Origin: Candidatus Woesearchaeota archaeon
GTDB taxonomy: Archaea; Nanobdellota; Nanobdellia; SCGC-AAA011-G17; JAFCDX01
Reading direction: 5' to 3'
Assembly: GCA_017609465.1 (NCBI GenBank)
Contig: JAFCDX010000004.1
Span: forward strand, 1,822-65,821
Length of the DNA stretch: 64,000 nt
In this document: piece after piece, positions 40,803 through 49,849 of the stretch
Layout of the letters: the number at the start of each line of letters is the position of its first letter
How positions within the stretch are numbered: position 1 is the stretch's first letter
The notes under the pieces: model-generated
Databases searched by the model: none
What the model saw: the letters and a program-made list of their open reading frames with translations, nothing else
Told to the model about the DNA's origin: nothing
Program-made: the position numbers and the translations under genes

Positions 40803-42515
40803 ATGAAAAAAGAGGTAATTTTTAGTATTGTATTAATTTTATTAATGAATTTTGTTTCTGCTTCTATAGATGTTACATATGATACAACGCCTGAAGAATC
40901 TGTTATTTATAATGGGTATGATTGTAATGATGATTGTGATAATGTGAATAATTTAGAGAAATTTTTAACTAAAACAGGAACAAATAATTTAATTTATGTT
41001 TCATATCCTAATGAAGGATTATTTAGTAATTATTTTTATAAGAGTTGTTTTTATCCAGAAGCTAGGAAGACAAATATAAATTCCTATTTTAATGATCAAA
41101 TTATAAGTATATCGTTATCAAAAAAATCTATATGTGAATCTAGTATTTCTTCTGTAAATATAGTAGGGGATACTGAAGTGGGTTCTTCAATAAAAATCTC
41201 AACAAGTATAAGTAGTCCATTTCAAAAATCATCAAACTCCCCTTATAATTTTGTACCTCCAGACAGACAGGATTATTATAAAGCCGAAACAAAAGTAGAA
41301 TTATTAATAGATGGGATTGTTAAAGATACTATAGAAAAAAATTTATTAATCTCTACAACCGAAAATGTAGAATTTATATGGATTCCAGAAACTTCTGATA
41401 AAGGAACCCATGAAATAAAAATAAGAACGAATGTAATAGATTGTCAATGTGAACAACCACAAAATAATGTGGAATCTTCTCCAATTTCAATCACAATATC
41501 AGAACCAACAACAGAAGAAGAAACATGCACAGATGAATGCACATCAAACACATGCTCAAGTAATGCAAGAGGATATTACATATGCTCAGACATAGACAAT
41601 GATGGTTGTAAAGAACTAAGTTCAACATTAACACAATGCCCTTATACAGAAGTATGTGACAATGGGCAATGTTTAACGCAACAAGAAGCTCAAAAATGCT
41701 CAGATGGAACTCCAATAAACACCTGCTCTTCAACAAAGCCAAAATACTGTGATGATAATTTAATATTAATTGATTATCCAAGTCATTGTGGATGTCCTGA
41801 TGGAAAAGTCAGAGTGGATGACTTATGCGTAATTCCCGAAGATGATTACACTCAATGCATCCCAGTATGGGAATGCGGTGAATGGGGAGACTGCTTTAAC
41901 AAAGTAAAGGAAAGAACATGCATAGACATAAACAACTGTGACACAACACAAAACAAGCCAATAACAACCCAATCATGCTCAAGAACAGAAACAGATGAAT
42001 TCTCAAACACTTATCAAACAACAGGAAACTACACTGCATTATTTGAGTCAGAAGGGTGGGGAAATGCCTTTGACACAATACTTGAAAAGATACAGGACAT
42101 TCTCTTCTACCAGTTAACAAACATAATAATGATAATAATAGCATTAACTATCATAATATTAATCATATACTTCATAGCAAAAAGGTCATTCTCAAAAACA
42201 ACGCAAGACCTTAAAGAAGGGGCAAAGAACACAGGAGAGAAAATCAAAAAAGCAGTGGAAAAAGTTCAAATAAAATCAGTAAAGCCAAATGAATTGTTAA
42301 TTGGAATAATAAAATCACTCCCTCAGGAAGAACAGAATGTTGCTTACACATTAATGGAAGGGGAAGGAATAAGGCAAAGTAATCTAAGGAAAAAAACGGG
42401 ATTGTCTTTCACGAGACTTGAAGAAATTCTGAAGAAATTCGAGAAAAGGGAAATAATAAAGAAAAGGGAAAAAGAAAATGATCCAAAGATTTATTTCCAT
42501 GACATGATTAAGTGA
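40803..42515 (+). CDS. single-pass membrane protein: extracellular Cys-rich sensor-like domain plus cytoplasmic winged-helix domain
   Basis: Signal peptide, CARDB-like region and Cys-rich region including the 6-Cys Trp module (41856-41978). TM 'IIMIIIALTIIILIIYFI'. C-terminal 'QNVAYTLMEGEGIRQSNLRKKTGLSFTRLEEILKKFEKREIIKK'. Confidence 0.7.
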   Translation: MKKEVIFSIVLILLMNFVSASIDVTYDTTPEESVIYNGYDCNDDCDNVNNLEKFLTKTGTNNLIYVSYPNEGLFSNYFYKSCFYPEARKTNINSYFNDQIISISLSKKSICESSISSVNIVGDTEVGSSIKISTSISSPFQKSSNSPYNFVPPDRQDYYKAETKVELLIDGIVKDTIEKNLLISTTENVEFIWIPETSDKGTHEIKIRTNVIDCQCEQPQNNVESSPISITISEPTTEEETCTDECTSNTCSSNARGYYICSDIDNDGCKELSSTLTQCPYTEVCDNGQCLTQQEAQKCSDGTPINTCSSTKPKYCDDNLILIDYPSHCGCPDGKVRVDDLCVIPEDDYTQCIPVWECGEWGDCFNKVKERTCIDINNCDTTQNKPITTQSCSRTETDEFSNTYQTTGNYTALFESEGWGNAFDTILEKIQDILFYQLTNIIMIIIALTIIILIIYFIAKRSFSKTTQDLKEGAKNTGEKIKKAVEKVQIKSVKPNELLIGIIKSLPQEEQNVAYTLMEGEGIRQSNLRKKTGLSFTRLEEILKKFEKREIIKKREKENDPKIYFHDMIK

Positions 42516-42574
42516 TTTCATATTTTGGGGGTAATTATAACAGATAATTCAAATATAGGCTGGACAACATTGAT

Positions 42575-42751
42575 ATGGGACAAATTATTAAGATTAAAAA
42601 TGTTGTTCCAACAAGAATAATAAGAAGAGCTAAATTATTCAAATTAAATGAGAAAAATCCTGCTGTAAAGGAATTAATCAAGGTATATGATACATTAATT
42701 TATCAAGAAACTGAAAAATATTTCTCAAAAGAATTAAAAGTTGCTTGTTAA
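42575..42751 (+). CDS. candidate 58-aa protein
   Basis: ATG-to-TAA ORF just below the track cutoff (MGQIIKIKNVVPTRIIRRAKLFKLNEKNPAVKELIKVYDTL...). No motif recognised. Confidence 0.3.
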   Translation: MGQIIKIKNVVPTRIIRRAKLFKLNEKNPAVKELIKVYDTLIYQETEKYFSKELKVAC

Positions 42752-42765
42752 ATAAAAAGAAAAAA

Positions 42766-43707
42766 TTACTTTCTTTTCCAGTAAAATACACCAATAAGCA
42801 TTGCAACAAAGAATCCTAATATCCAGTATTTTAATATTCCTGATGATTCTGTTTCTGTTGTTGCTGCACCTGTTACTTCTGGAGTTTCTTCTTCAGTATC
42901 TTCTACAACAAGTTCTGCAGAAGCTTCTTTAATGCCTTCACAATTTCCGTAAGTGTATGCTTCTTTGTACATGTCCAAGAAACATGCTCTTGGCTGAAAG
43001 TAAACAGTGTCAATTATGTTCGGTTTTCTGTAATCCCCTTTTAATATTGTTGAAGTTATCCTGTATTTGTCATCAGATATTTTTTCAAGAACTGCATCCT
43101 CTGCCAAAACATTGTCTGCCTCATCAACGAATTCATTGTTTCCGCTTGTGTGTATAAACAAGTCCTGTAATCCAAGAACCTCATTTTCATCTATGTTTGC
43201 ATTTGAAAATTCTATTATCAGTTTTTCATCTTCTGTGTTGTAACAAGTGTCTATTCTTGGCTTGAAATCATCGCATGAATATCTGAATTCAGGGCATTCT
43301 GCATCAAATTCATTTGGAAAAGACAATGCATCAAGATTGTTCAACTTAATCTCGTATGTTCCTCCATCAAACAAGGAATCTGAGAAAAAATAATATTCAG
43401 TATCTTCTCTTAATCTGTCTACTGTTTTGAAGAATCCCAAATTATCTCTTTTGTAAAATGTTCCTGTAAGGGACTTTTCTTCATTTTCATTATCAATATA
43501 AGTCAATTCAATATTATCTGTATTTAAGTTATCTGCTGAAGTGAATCTGAAAAACACTCTCCCCTGTGTAGAGCATCCAAAACCTTCATCATCCCTTATC
43601 ATTCCGCTCTTTTCATCATCGAACTTGATAATGTAATCTGTTCCAAGAAAAGCAAATGCTATGAATATTGTCATGAAAATTCCCAATATATATGCTAGCT
43701 TTTTCAT
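42766..43707 (-). CDS. secreted protein with TPEVTG-TM-basic C-terminal tail
   Basis: Signal anchor. Tail 'EEETPEVTGAATTETESSGILKYWILGFFVAMLIGVFYWKRK'. Lacks the 6-Cys module. Confidence 0.7.
   Translation of the reverse strand: MKKLAYILGIFMTIFIAFAFLGTDYIIKFDDEKSGMIRDDEGFGCSTQGRVFFRFTSADNLNTDNIELTYIDNENEEKSLTGTFYKRDNLGFFKTVDRLREDTEYYFFSDSLFDGGTYEIKLNNLDALSFPNEFDAECPEFRYSCDDFKPRIDTCYNTEDEKLIIEFSNANIDENEVLGLQDLFIHTSGNNEFVDEADNVLAEDAVLEKISDDKYRITSTILKGDYRKPNIIDTVYFQPRACFLDMYKEAYTYGNCEGIKEASAELVVEDTEEETPEVTGAATTETESSGILKYWILGFFVAMLIGVFYWKRK
42868..42885 (-). other. TPEVTG motif codons (copy 2 of 4)
   Basis: The + strand reads acctgttacttctggagt. Confidence 0.6.
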
Positions 43708-43741
43708 GATAATGATATATTATAAAAACTTATAAGATTAA

Positions 43742-43954
43742 CTATTTAAGAATTACTTCTCTCAATAAATAATCTCCAATTGGAATCCCAAAGGATAACA
43801 ACAATGTAATATCTGTAGCAAATGCACTAAAATATTCTAATTTTGACATTTCATAATTTCCTTTTAAAGCCTTGTAAGTGTAAATTGGCAAGAGACTAAG
43901 TCCTATATTTTTCAATCCTGTTACTGTATCTATTCTTCTTTCCAGATTTTCCAT
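43742..43954 (-). CDS. small hypothetical protein
   Basis: 70-aa ORF only. Confidence 0.35.
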   Translation of the reverse strand: MENLERRIDTVTGLKNIGLSLLPIYTYKALKGNYEMSKLEYFSAFATDITLLLSFGIPIGDYLLREVILK

Positions 43955-44325
43955 AGTAAATTTTTAATTACAAATTATTTAAATATTTAACTCATTGGAA
44001 TAATATGAACAAGCCATTACTAATAATAGGGGAAATATTGAAAACAATAAAGCTAATGCAAGATAATCTTCACTAAAGAACAATATTGTATATCCACAAA
44101 AATGTGATATCAAGTCATGATATTTCAATAAAATTGTTATTTAAAAATCTTGTTTAATTCTTAATGCTCAAAAATATAGCAAAATATATTAAACCAAAAA
44201 GTAACAAATAACAAACAAATAGTAAACCTTATCTTCATCAATTAACTTTCCTTCTAATTTTTGAATATTTGAATTAAGTAATTTTACCATTAAAATTATT
44301 CAGAAAATCTTTATTTAAAATATTC

Positions 44326-44898
44326 CTAAATATATTTCAACACTTTATCTTTTATGTTTTTTGGATATTTCTTCAGATATTTTTTTAATTTTTCTTTGTC
44401 AATTCTCTTCTTGAACTCTTTCAGCAAATCCTTGTCCATGTTTTCCCTGAAATAAATCATGTCAATGAAAGTCTTTTCAACATCAGAAACAGGATAATAA
44501 ATATCTCCTTGCTTTATATAATCAAATCCAAAAACATATTTTGGATCAATTCTCCTTATAACAACATTGTTTCCAAATACTTTTCTTATTCCCTGTCTCA
44601 CTTTTCTTGCAGTAATTACAACAGTATTTGTTTCCTGCTCCCATAAGTCATGTATGCTTAATGCATCCTGCAACCCCATATAAGAAGGTTTAAAACAAAA
44701 AACCATTAAAGAAGTATCCTCGTATTTAGTATAATATCCCTTTGTTATTCTTTTTAATTTGTTTTTTAAAATTAAGTTTTTTATTAACTGTTTTGCATAT
44801 TTCTCATCACCAACAATTCTTTTTATAGAGCCAAAATCAACAACAGGACTTTTTTCAAATAATTTTATCACTTTGTCTATGTGTTTTTTTCTTCCCAT
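44326..44898 (-). CDS. AbiEi-like (COG5340-type) transcriptional regulator/antitoxin
   Basis: 'LKRITKGYYTKY', 'SYMGLQDALSIHDLWEQETNTVVITARK', 'VSDVEKTFIDMIYF'. Partner of the adjacent AbiEii-like gene. Confidence 0.65.
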   Translation of the reverse strand: MGRKKHIDKVIKLFEKSPVVDFGSIKRIVGDEKYAKQLIKNLILKNKLKRITKGYYTKYEDTSLMVFCFKPSYMGLQDALSIHDLWEQETNTVVITARKVRQGIRKVFGNNVVIRRIDPKYVFGFDYIKQGDIYYPVSDVEKTFIDMIYFRENMDKDLLKEFKKRIDKEKLKKYLKKYPKNIKDKVLKYI

Positions 44899-44900
44899 TT

Positions 44901-45545
44901 TTAAGCATATCTTTTTATATATTGTATCATCTTTTCTGGTTCAGGAACAATCCCTTCAAGTATAAGAACTTTTAATTCTTTTTTATCAACAGGTTCATAA
45001 AAGTTCTTTATTAGATAATTTATCTCAGTAATTATTTCCTTTTTGTTTTTTACATATCTCAAAAGAAAGAATATATCATACAAGTCTCTTATTTTTCTTC
45101 TTTTTGTATAAGCATGCACTTTTTCCTTTATTATTTCTTCAGGCGTTAAAGTGAACACTGTTATCATGTTTCCATTAACTTCCTTGTATTCCATCAATGA
45201 TCCTTTTGGAATTAGTTTTTTGAATAATGCTTCAAGTCTTACATTTATGTTGTTTATTTTTAGATTAGAATAAAGACTGTTTTCTCCTATTTTTTTCTTT
45301 AATATTTCAAATCCTTTGTTTTTTAAATTATCAAATAATTTATTTATTTTTGCTTCATTTTTTGGTATATATACATCAATATCTTCAGAAAATCTATTTC
45401 CGTTATAACATCTCCATATAGCTGTTCCGCCATGAATAACTGCTTTTTCAAATATTTTGTATAATTCAACAACAATTATATCCTGAGCTCTGGCTATTTC
45501 TTTATGTGCCTGTTTCTTTATCTTAAGTATCAAAGGAATTTCCAT
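44901..45545 (-). CDS. AbiEii/DUF1814-family nucleotidyltransferase (type IV TA toxin-like)
   Basis: 'VIHGGTAIWRCYNGNRFSEDIDVY' matches the GGTAL...R.S.D(I/L)D signature. Confidence 0.8.
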   Translation of the reverse strand: MEIPLILKIKKQAHKEIARAQDIIVVELYKIFEKAVIHGGTAIWRCYNGNRFSEDIDVYIPKNEAKINKLFDNLKNKGFEILKKKIGENSLYSNLKINNINVRLEALFKKLIPKGSLMEYKEVNGNMITVFTLTPEEIIKEKVHAYTKRRKIRDLYDIFFLLRYVKNKKEIITEINYLIKNFYEPVDKKELKVLILEGIVPEPEKMIQYIKRYA

Positions 45546-45584
45546 ATTTAACCAAAGTTATTAATATATATAACTTTAGTTTAT

Positions 45585-46196
45585 TTATAAATCTTTTGAT
45601 TCTATTCTTTCAAGAATTTCTTTCCAGTTTTCAACTCTTTCTATCATATCATATTCAGATTCATCAAAATTCTGGTTCCAGTAATTCTTTTTGTCATTTC
45701 CAAACAAGTATGACCTTATTCCGTTTTCTGAACAATCCACCACATGTGCAACTTTATCATCAATGATTAAATCAGCATCCATCTTTTTGCAATACATTGC
45801 TTTGGAATATCCATTGGATAGATACAATTCTGACAAGCTATCTCCAAAATAACGATTGGCCCAGAATATAGAATCCCCGAAAAGATAATTTGGTCTATCA
45901 CTTAATCCTATAATCTTGTGTTTCTCGCTTAATTTCTTTATTGATTCAACAGCATTTTCCAATGGCATTATGTTTTTGAAATAAGGAGACCTTGAGAATC
46001 TCTGAATCATTTTGTATTCCTCTTCTTCTGTTATATTAAGAATTTTTCCTATAGAATATGTTGTAAAATTCTCTCTTTTCAGGTTTTTAATTGGATTTTT
46101 GAAATTTCCAAGTAAATAATAACCTTCATTATAATATCTTATCAATGGGTCTATAAGACTTCCAAGAACCTCATCAATGTCTGTTATTATTATCAT
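45585..46196 (-). CDS. HAD-superfamily 5'(3')-deoxyribonucleotidase-like (NT5C) protein
   Basis: 'IIITDIDEVLG' (DxDxV) and 'DLIIDDKVAHV'. Confidence 0.6.
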   Translation of the reverse strand: MIIITDIDEVLGSLIDPLIRYYNEGYYLLGNFKNPIKNLKRENFTTYSIGKILNITEEEEYKMIQRFSRSPYFKNIMPLENAVESIKKLSEKHKIIGLSDRPNYLFGDSIFWANRYFGDSLSELYLSNGYSKAMYCKKMDADLIIDDKVAHVVDCSENGIRSYLFGNDKKNYWNQNFDESEYDMIERVENWKEILERIESKDL

Positions 46197-46227
46197 CTTT
46201 TTTTTAAAAATAGAATTTATATAAGGT

Positions 46228-47610
46228 TTACTGTGTTAGTTTATCGAGATTCTTGTATTGTGTTGATCTTATAGTATCCTTTTCCCTGTAATACATAAGA
46301 TTTTCCTTTATATATTCCTCATAATCACCAGTAATTCCTTTTTTATATAAGAAATCCGATAATGAATGCTGTAAATCAAGAACATTGGTGTAATTTCCGT
46401 TCATGCACGAAATTACAATCTCATCCGCTTCCTTTTGTACTTCTTTTCCTATTAATTTTCTCATTGAAGAAGGCTTCTTTTTTTTCTTTATCATTTTTTT
46501 AACATATTCGATGTTTCCGGAAGGATGCCTGAAAGGTCTTCTTCCTGTTATCATTTCATACATTACAACTCCTGCTGAATGTATGTCATTCATAGGATGA
46601 ATAAGTCCTTCTAATGCCATTGGGGACATATAGCTTGGCTTTCCAGCTGATTTATATCCAATAGAATTGCTTGGAAGATTATCATAATCAAATTCCTGAA
46701 TAATGCTATAATCTATTAAAAAAGTATTTCCATTGTCTGTTATCAATATGTTAGAAGGGTCTATGTCCCCATGAGAATAACCTATCCTCTTTCCCATGAT
46801 CATTCTCGGCTTACTAATCTCTTCAACAGCTCTAAGAAACCTGCAACCTATTGTAAAAGCGACATTTACAGGGATATTGTATTCCTGTAGTTTTAATCTT
46901 TCGCTATCATTCATTATTGAAAGAAGATTATCTCCATCAATATATTCTATGCATAGATACGAGCCTGCTGCCCCTCCATCATCAATCTTGAATGCACCCC
47001 TGAAATCAGGTATTGATTCATTTTTTAGTTTTCTTAATATAAATTCCCTTTCAATATCACTATAATCAATATTTTCTGATTCACCAACCCTTTTTCTTGA
47101 CATATACTTAACACCAAGAAGTTCAAGTTCACTCTTGAAACCATACTTTCTCTTTATTGAATCTATGTTGTCTTGATTATATATAGGAAGTTTTTCCTTA
47201 AACATTTCCTCAAGAATATTTCTTCTTGTTTCAGTTCTTTCATAATCAACCCTGTTATCAGAGGTTTTTTCAGTATCATCAAGATATCTCTGTGAATTAT
47301 AATATAAATGCTCAATTGCAGTGGTTTTAAGAAGGAACCTTACAAATTCATCCACATCACCATAGTCTGAATTAACTCTAACAGCCTTGAAAAATTCACC
47401 AACAGAACCTGATCTTCCCTTTTTCTTGTTTAATATGTAAATCCTGTTTTCCTTCATTTTTGGATCTCCTGGACTTATTATCAAACCAGGCTCAAGCAAT
47501 CCATAAATTCGTGCATCCTCTTTTATTTTATACAATCCTTTTTCCCCTTCCAGGATTATATCTATTTTTTCTTTTTCTCTTTCAATTTCATCACTAAGCG
47601 AATAAACCAT
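46228..47610 (-). CDS. Hanks-type Ser/Thr protein kinase with long N-terminal extension
   Basis: Catalytic loop 'YSHGDIDPSNILI', 'FLIDYS' (DFG position), 'PSYMSPMALEG', 'DIHSAGVVMYEMITGRRPF'. Confidence 0.85.
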   Translation of the reverse strand: MVYSLSDEIEREKEKIDIILEGEKGLYKIKEDARIYGLLEPGLIISPGDPKMKENRIYILNKKKGRSGSVGEFFKAVRVNSDYGDVDEFVRFLLKTTAIEHLYYNSQRYLDDTEKTSDNRVDYERTETRRNILEEMFKEKLPIYNQDNIDSIKRKYGFKSELELLGVKYMSRKRVGESENIDYSDIEREFILRKLKNESIPDFRGAFKIDDGGAAGSYLCIEYIDGDNLLSIMNDSERLKLQEYNIPVNVAFTIGCRFLRAVEEISKPRMIMGKRIGYSHGDIDPSNILITDNGNTFLIDYSIIQEFDYDNLPSNSIGYKSAGKPSYMSPMALEGLIHPMNDIHSAGVVMYEMITGRRPFRHPSGNIEYVKKMIKKKKKPSSMRKLIGKEVQKEADEIVISCMNGNYTNVLDLQHSLSDFLYKKGITGDYEEYIKENLMYYREKDTIRSTQYKNLDKLTQ

Positions 47611-47612
47611 TT

Positions 47613-48749
47613 TTATTTCATAAAACCTTTTTCATCAATATAAGGTATTATATTCATAAGATTGTAATTTGGATCCTTTGGAAGAAAAGGAACAATATGT
47701 ACATACTTGTTATTATCATCCTTGTAAGCATTGTTATTCACATAAACCGCGGTTACCGCAGCTTCAAGAGGATTATCAAGCAACAGTATAGTGTATTTTG
47801 ATGTTGTATTCTCTGCAAAATCATTTATAACTTTAAGAGAATGTTCAAGACATGAATTCCCTATGCTTATTTTTCTCTTTGAGAATTTTCCAAATCCAGG
47901 AAATAATCTTTTTTCTCCGAAGTAATCATAAAATTGCTTGGGAGCCTTGTGTTTTTTCCATCTTCCCTTGAACCATGAAATAATTTTGTTTTCCTGTTTC
48001 AATCCAGAATGCTTAACGAAATTGTCTGCATAAAAGAAGCTGTCTCCATCACTCCTGTATTCATAAAAACCTCTTCTGAGTTTTTTTTCTTCTTCAACAT
48101 CAAATGCAGAAAGTATTATTGTGTCATTGATTATCTCTTTAACTTTTTCCTTATCAAATTTTGGAAACATTAACTTGACAGACTCATTATATTTTTCAAT
48201 AATGTTCTTCTTGTTTTTTAATTCACTGCTTTCTAATCTTTCCTGCATATACAACAAAGTATCAAGAGCTATATTCTCTGCCATTCCAATACCAAGATTG
48301 TATTTCTTAACTAATCTAAGTATATCATCGCTTGGAATACTCAAACCTAACCTTTTAATGAGTTTCCAGAAAGCCTCTTCTCTTGTATTTGAGGGATCTT
48401 CCAATAGATCTGCTAATGCATAAGAATAAGACATTCCAATAACCAACTCCCCTTTTCTAAACATTGTATTTGATCTTTCTATATTTACCCTGTGACCCTT
48501 GTCAACACCAACAGTATTTATGCTTCCTGAGAGATTATAGTGAATCCCCATTTCATTAGTATACTTGTTCAGTAACTTTTCAAGGTTTGACAGGAATTTC
48601 TTTGTTGTGGCTTGTCTCTTCGCATATCTTTCATAATATCCTGGGTCCACCAAGGAATTTTCTTCATGCATATCTTCAGGAACTTCTAAAATATCTCTTG
48701 CAGGGTTTTCAAAAAATCCCTTTCTTTCATGTTCATTATTGTTTTCCAT
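47613..48749 (-). CDS. hypothetical protein inside the kinase/FHA/phosphatase operon
   Basis: 378-aa ORF, 2-nt gaps on both sides. No motif recognised. Confidence 0.6.
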   Translation of the reverse strand: MENNNEHERKGFFENPARDILEVPEDMHEENSLVDPGYYERYAKRQATTKKFLSNLEKLLNKYTNEMGIHYNLSGSINTVGVDKGHRVNIERSNTMFRKGELVIGMSYSYALADLLEDPSNTREEAFWKLIKRLGLSIPSDDILRLVKKYNLGIGMAENIALDTLLYMQERLESSELKNKKNIIEKYNESVKLMFPKFDKEKVKEIINDTIILSAFDVEEEKKLRRGFYEYRSDGDSFFYADNFVKHSGLKQENKIISWFKGRWKKHKAPKQFYDYFGEKRLFPGFGKFSKRKISIGNSCLEHSLKVINDFAENTTSKYTILLLDNPLEAAVTAVYVNNNAYKDDNNKYVHIVPFLPKDPNYNLMNIIPYIDEKGFMK

Positions 48750-48751
48750 TT

Positions 48752-49849
48752 TTAAGATTTAATCTGAAGATTAAAGTAAAGATAATACCATGGCACACTT
48801 ACATATCCTTCGGGCCTTTTTTTCTTTTCCAGTGAAATATCAAATTTCTTGTCTTCTGCCCATCTTGCCTTTCCTGCTTCTATATCGACTATAGTTCCCA
48901 TTTCATATATTATCTCAATATCCACATCTACATTTTCAGGGTCAAAAAGATATACCAACCTATGCATTGGGTTATCTTCCTGGGATACAGGTTTTACTGT
49001 TTCTTCCCCTTGTATGTAAAAGTTATAGTTTGTGTAATTATCATTTATATTTAAAGAGAGTTTTCCTCCTCCTGCAGAGCAATCATCAAAATAAATTCCT
49101 TTTTTCATTTTTTTCTTGATATCATCACAAGACATTACCTTTAATGCATAATTTTCATTAAAAACAAATTGCTTTCTTGCCTTATCAAAAACTTTTCTTG
49201 CCTTTTCCACATATTCATCTGCTTTATCCTCATATTTTGAAAATTCCTTTCTCAACATTTCATTTATTTTATGGTCAATGTTTTCTATTGGTTTTCCTGA
49301 ATCATTTCCATTAAATAACATGTCAAATTCTTCATAGGTTTTTTTCATTTCAATAAGATGAGACTTTACAACAAGATCTTCTGTTGAAAATATTAATTCA
49401 AGCATACTGTCATTAACTTCTCTTGCTATACCATACTTTGAATCAGAATCATCAAGAACACTGTCCAAATCACCTGGTTTTTCATAATTTATTATTCTTG
49501 CATGTTGTGAGGAGACTTCATCATCATTTACAAACGCGTGTGATATGATCCTGTTTCTTCCCACTATTATCTGGTTCATTGATGATGACATTTCAAGGAG
49601 CTTCACTATATCATCTTCAAGATTTTTTTCACAATAAAATTCTCCTGTTCTTGGATTTATATAAAACAACCCTGCAGAGATTCCGAGTTTTGTTATCTCT
49701 TTTGAGGCTCCTGTTATTGTGCTCTTTAATTTTTTTCTTTTCTCCCTGTTAATCTGGGTTCCTCTTTTACCTCTATCTATCTTTTTCTCCATAAATTCCC
49801 TTTTTCTTTCGTTGTTTTCCTTTTTCTTGAAAAGATCCTTTAATGCCAT
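48752..49849 (-). CDS. FHA-domain protein
   Basis: 'IIVGRNRIISHAFVNDDEVSSQHARI...LDDSDSKYGIAREVN'. Start set at 'MALKDLF', whose ATG shares one nt with the PP2C stop (TAATG); the track ORF extends to 49879. Confidence 0.65.
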   Translation of the reverse strand: MALKDLFKKKENNERKREFMEKKIDRGKRGTQINREKRKKLKSTITGASKEITKLGISAGLFYINPRTGEFYCEKNLEDDIVKLLEMSSSMNQIIVGRNRIISHAFVNDDEVSSQHARIINYEKPGDLDSVLDDSDSKYGIAREVNDSMLELIFSTEDLVVKSHLIEMKKTYEEFDMLFNGNDSGKPIENIDHKINEMLRKEFSKYEDKADEYVEKARKVFDKARKQFVFNENYALKVMSCDDIKKKMKKGIYFDDCSAGGGKLSLNINDNYTNYNFYIQGEETVKPVSQEDNPMHRLVYLFDPENVDVDIEIIYEMGTIVDIEAGKARWAEDKKFDISLEKKKRPEGYVSVPWYYLYFNLQIKS

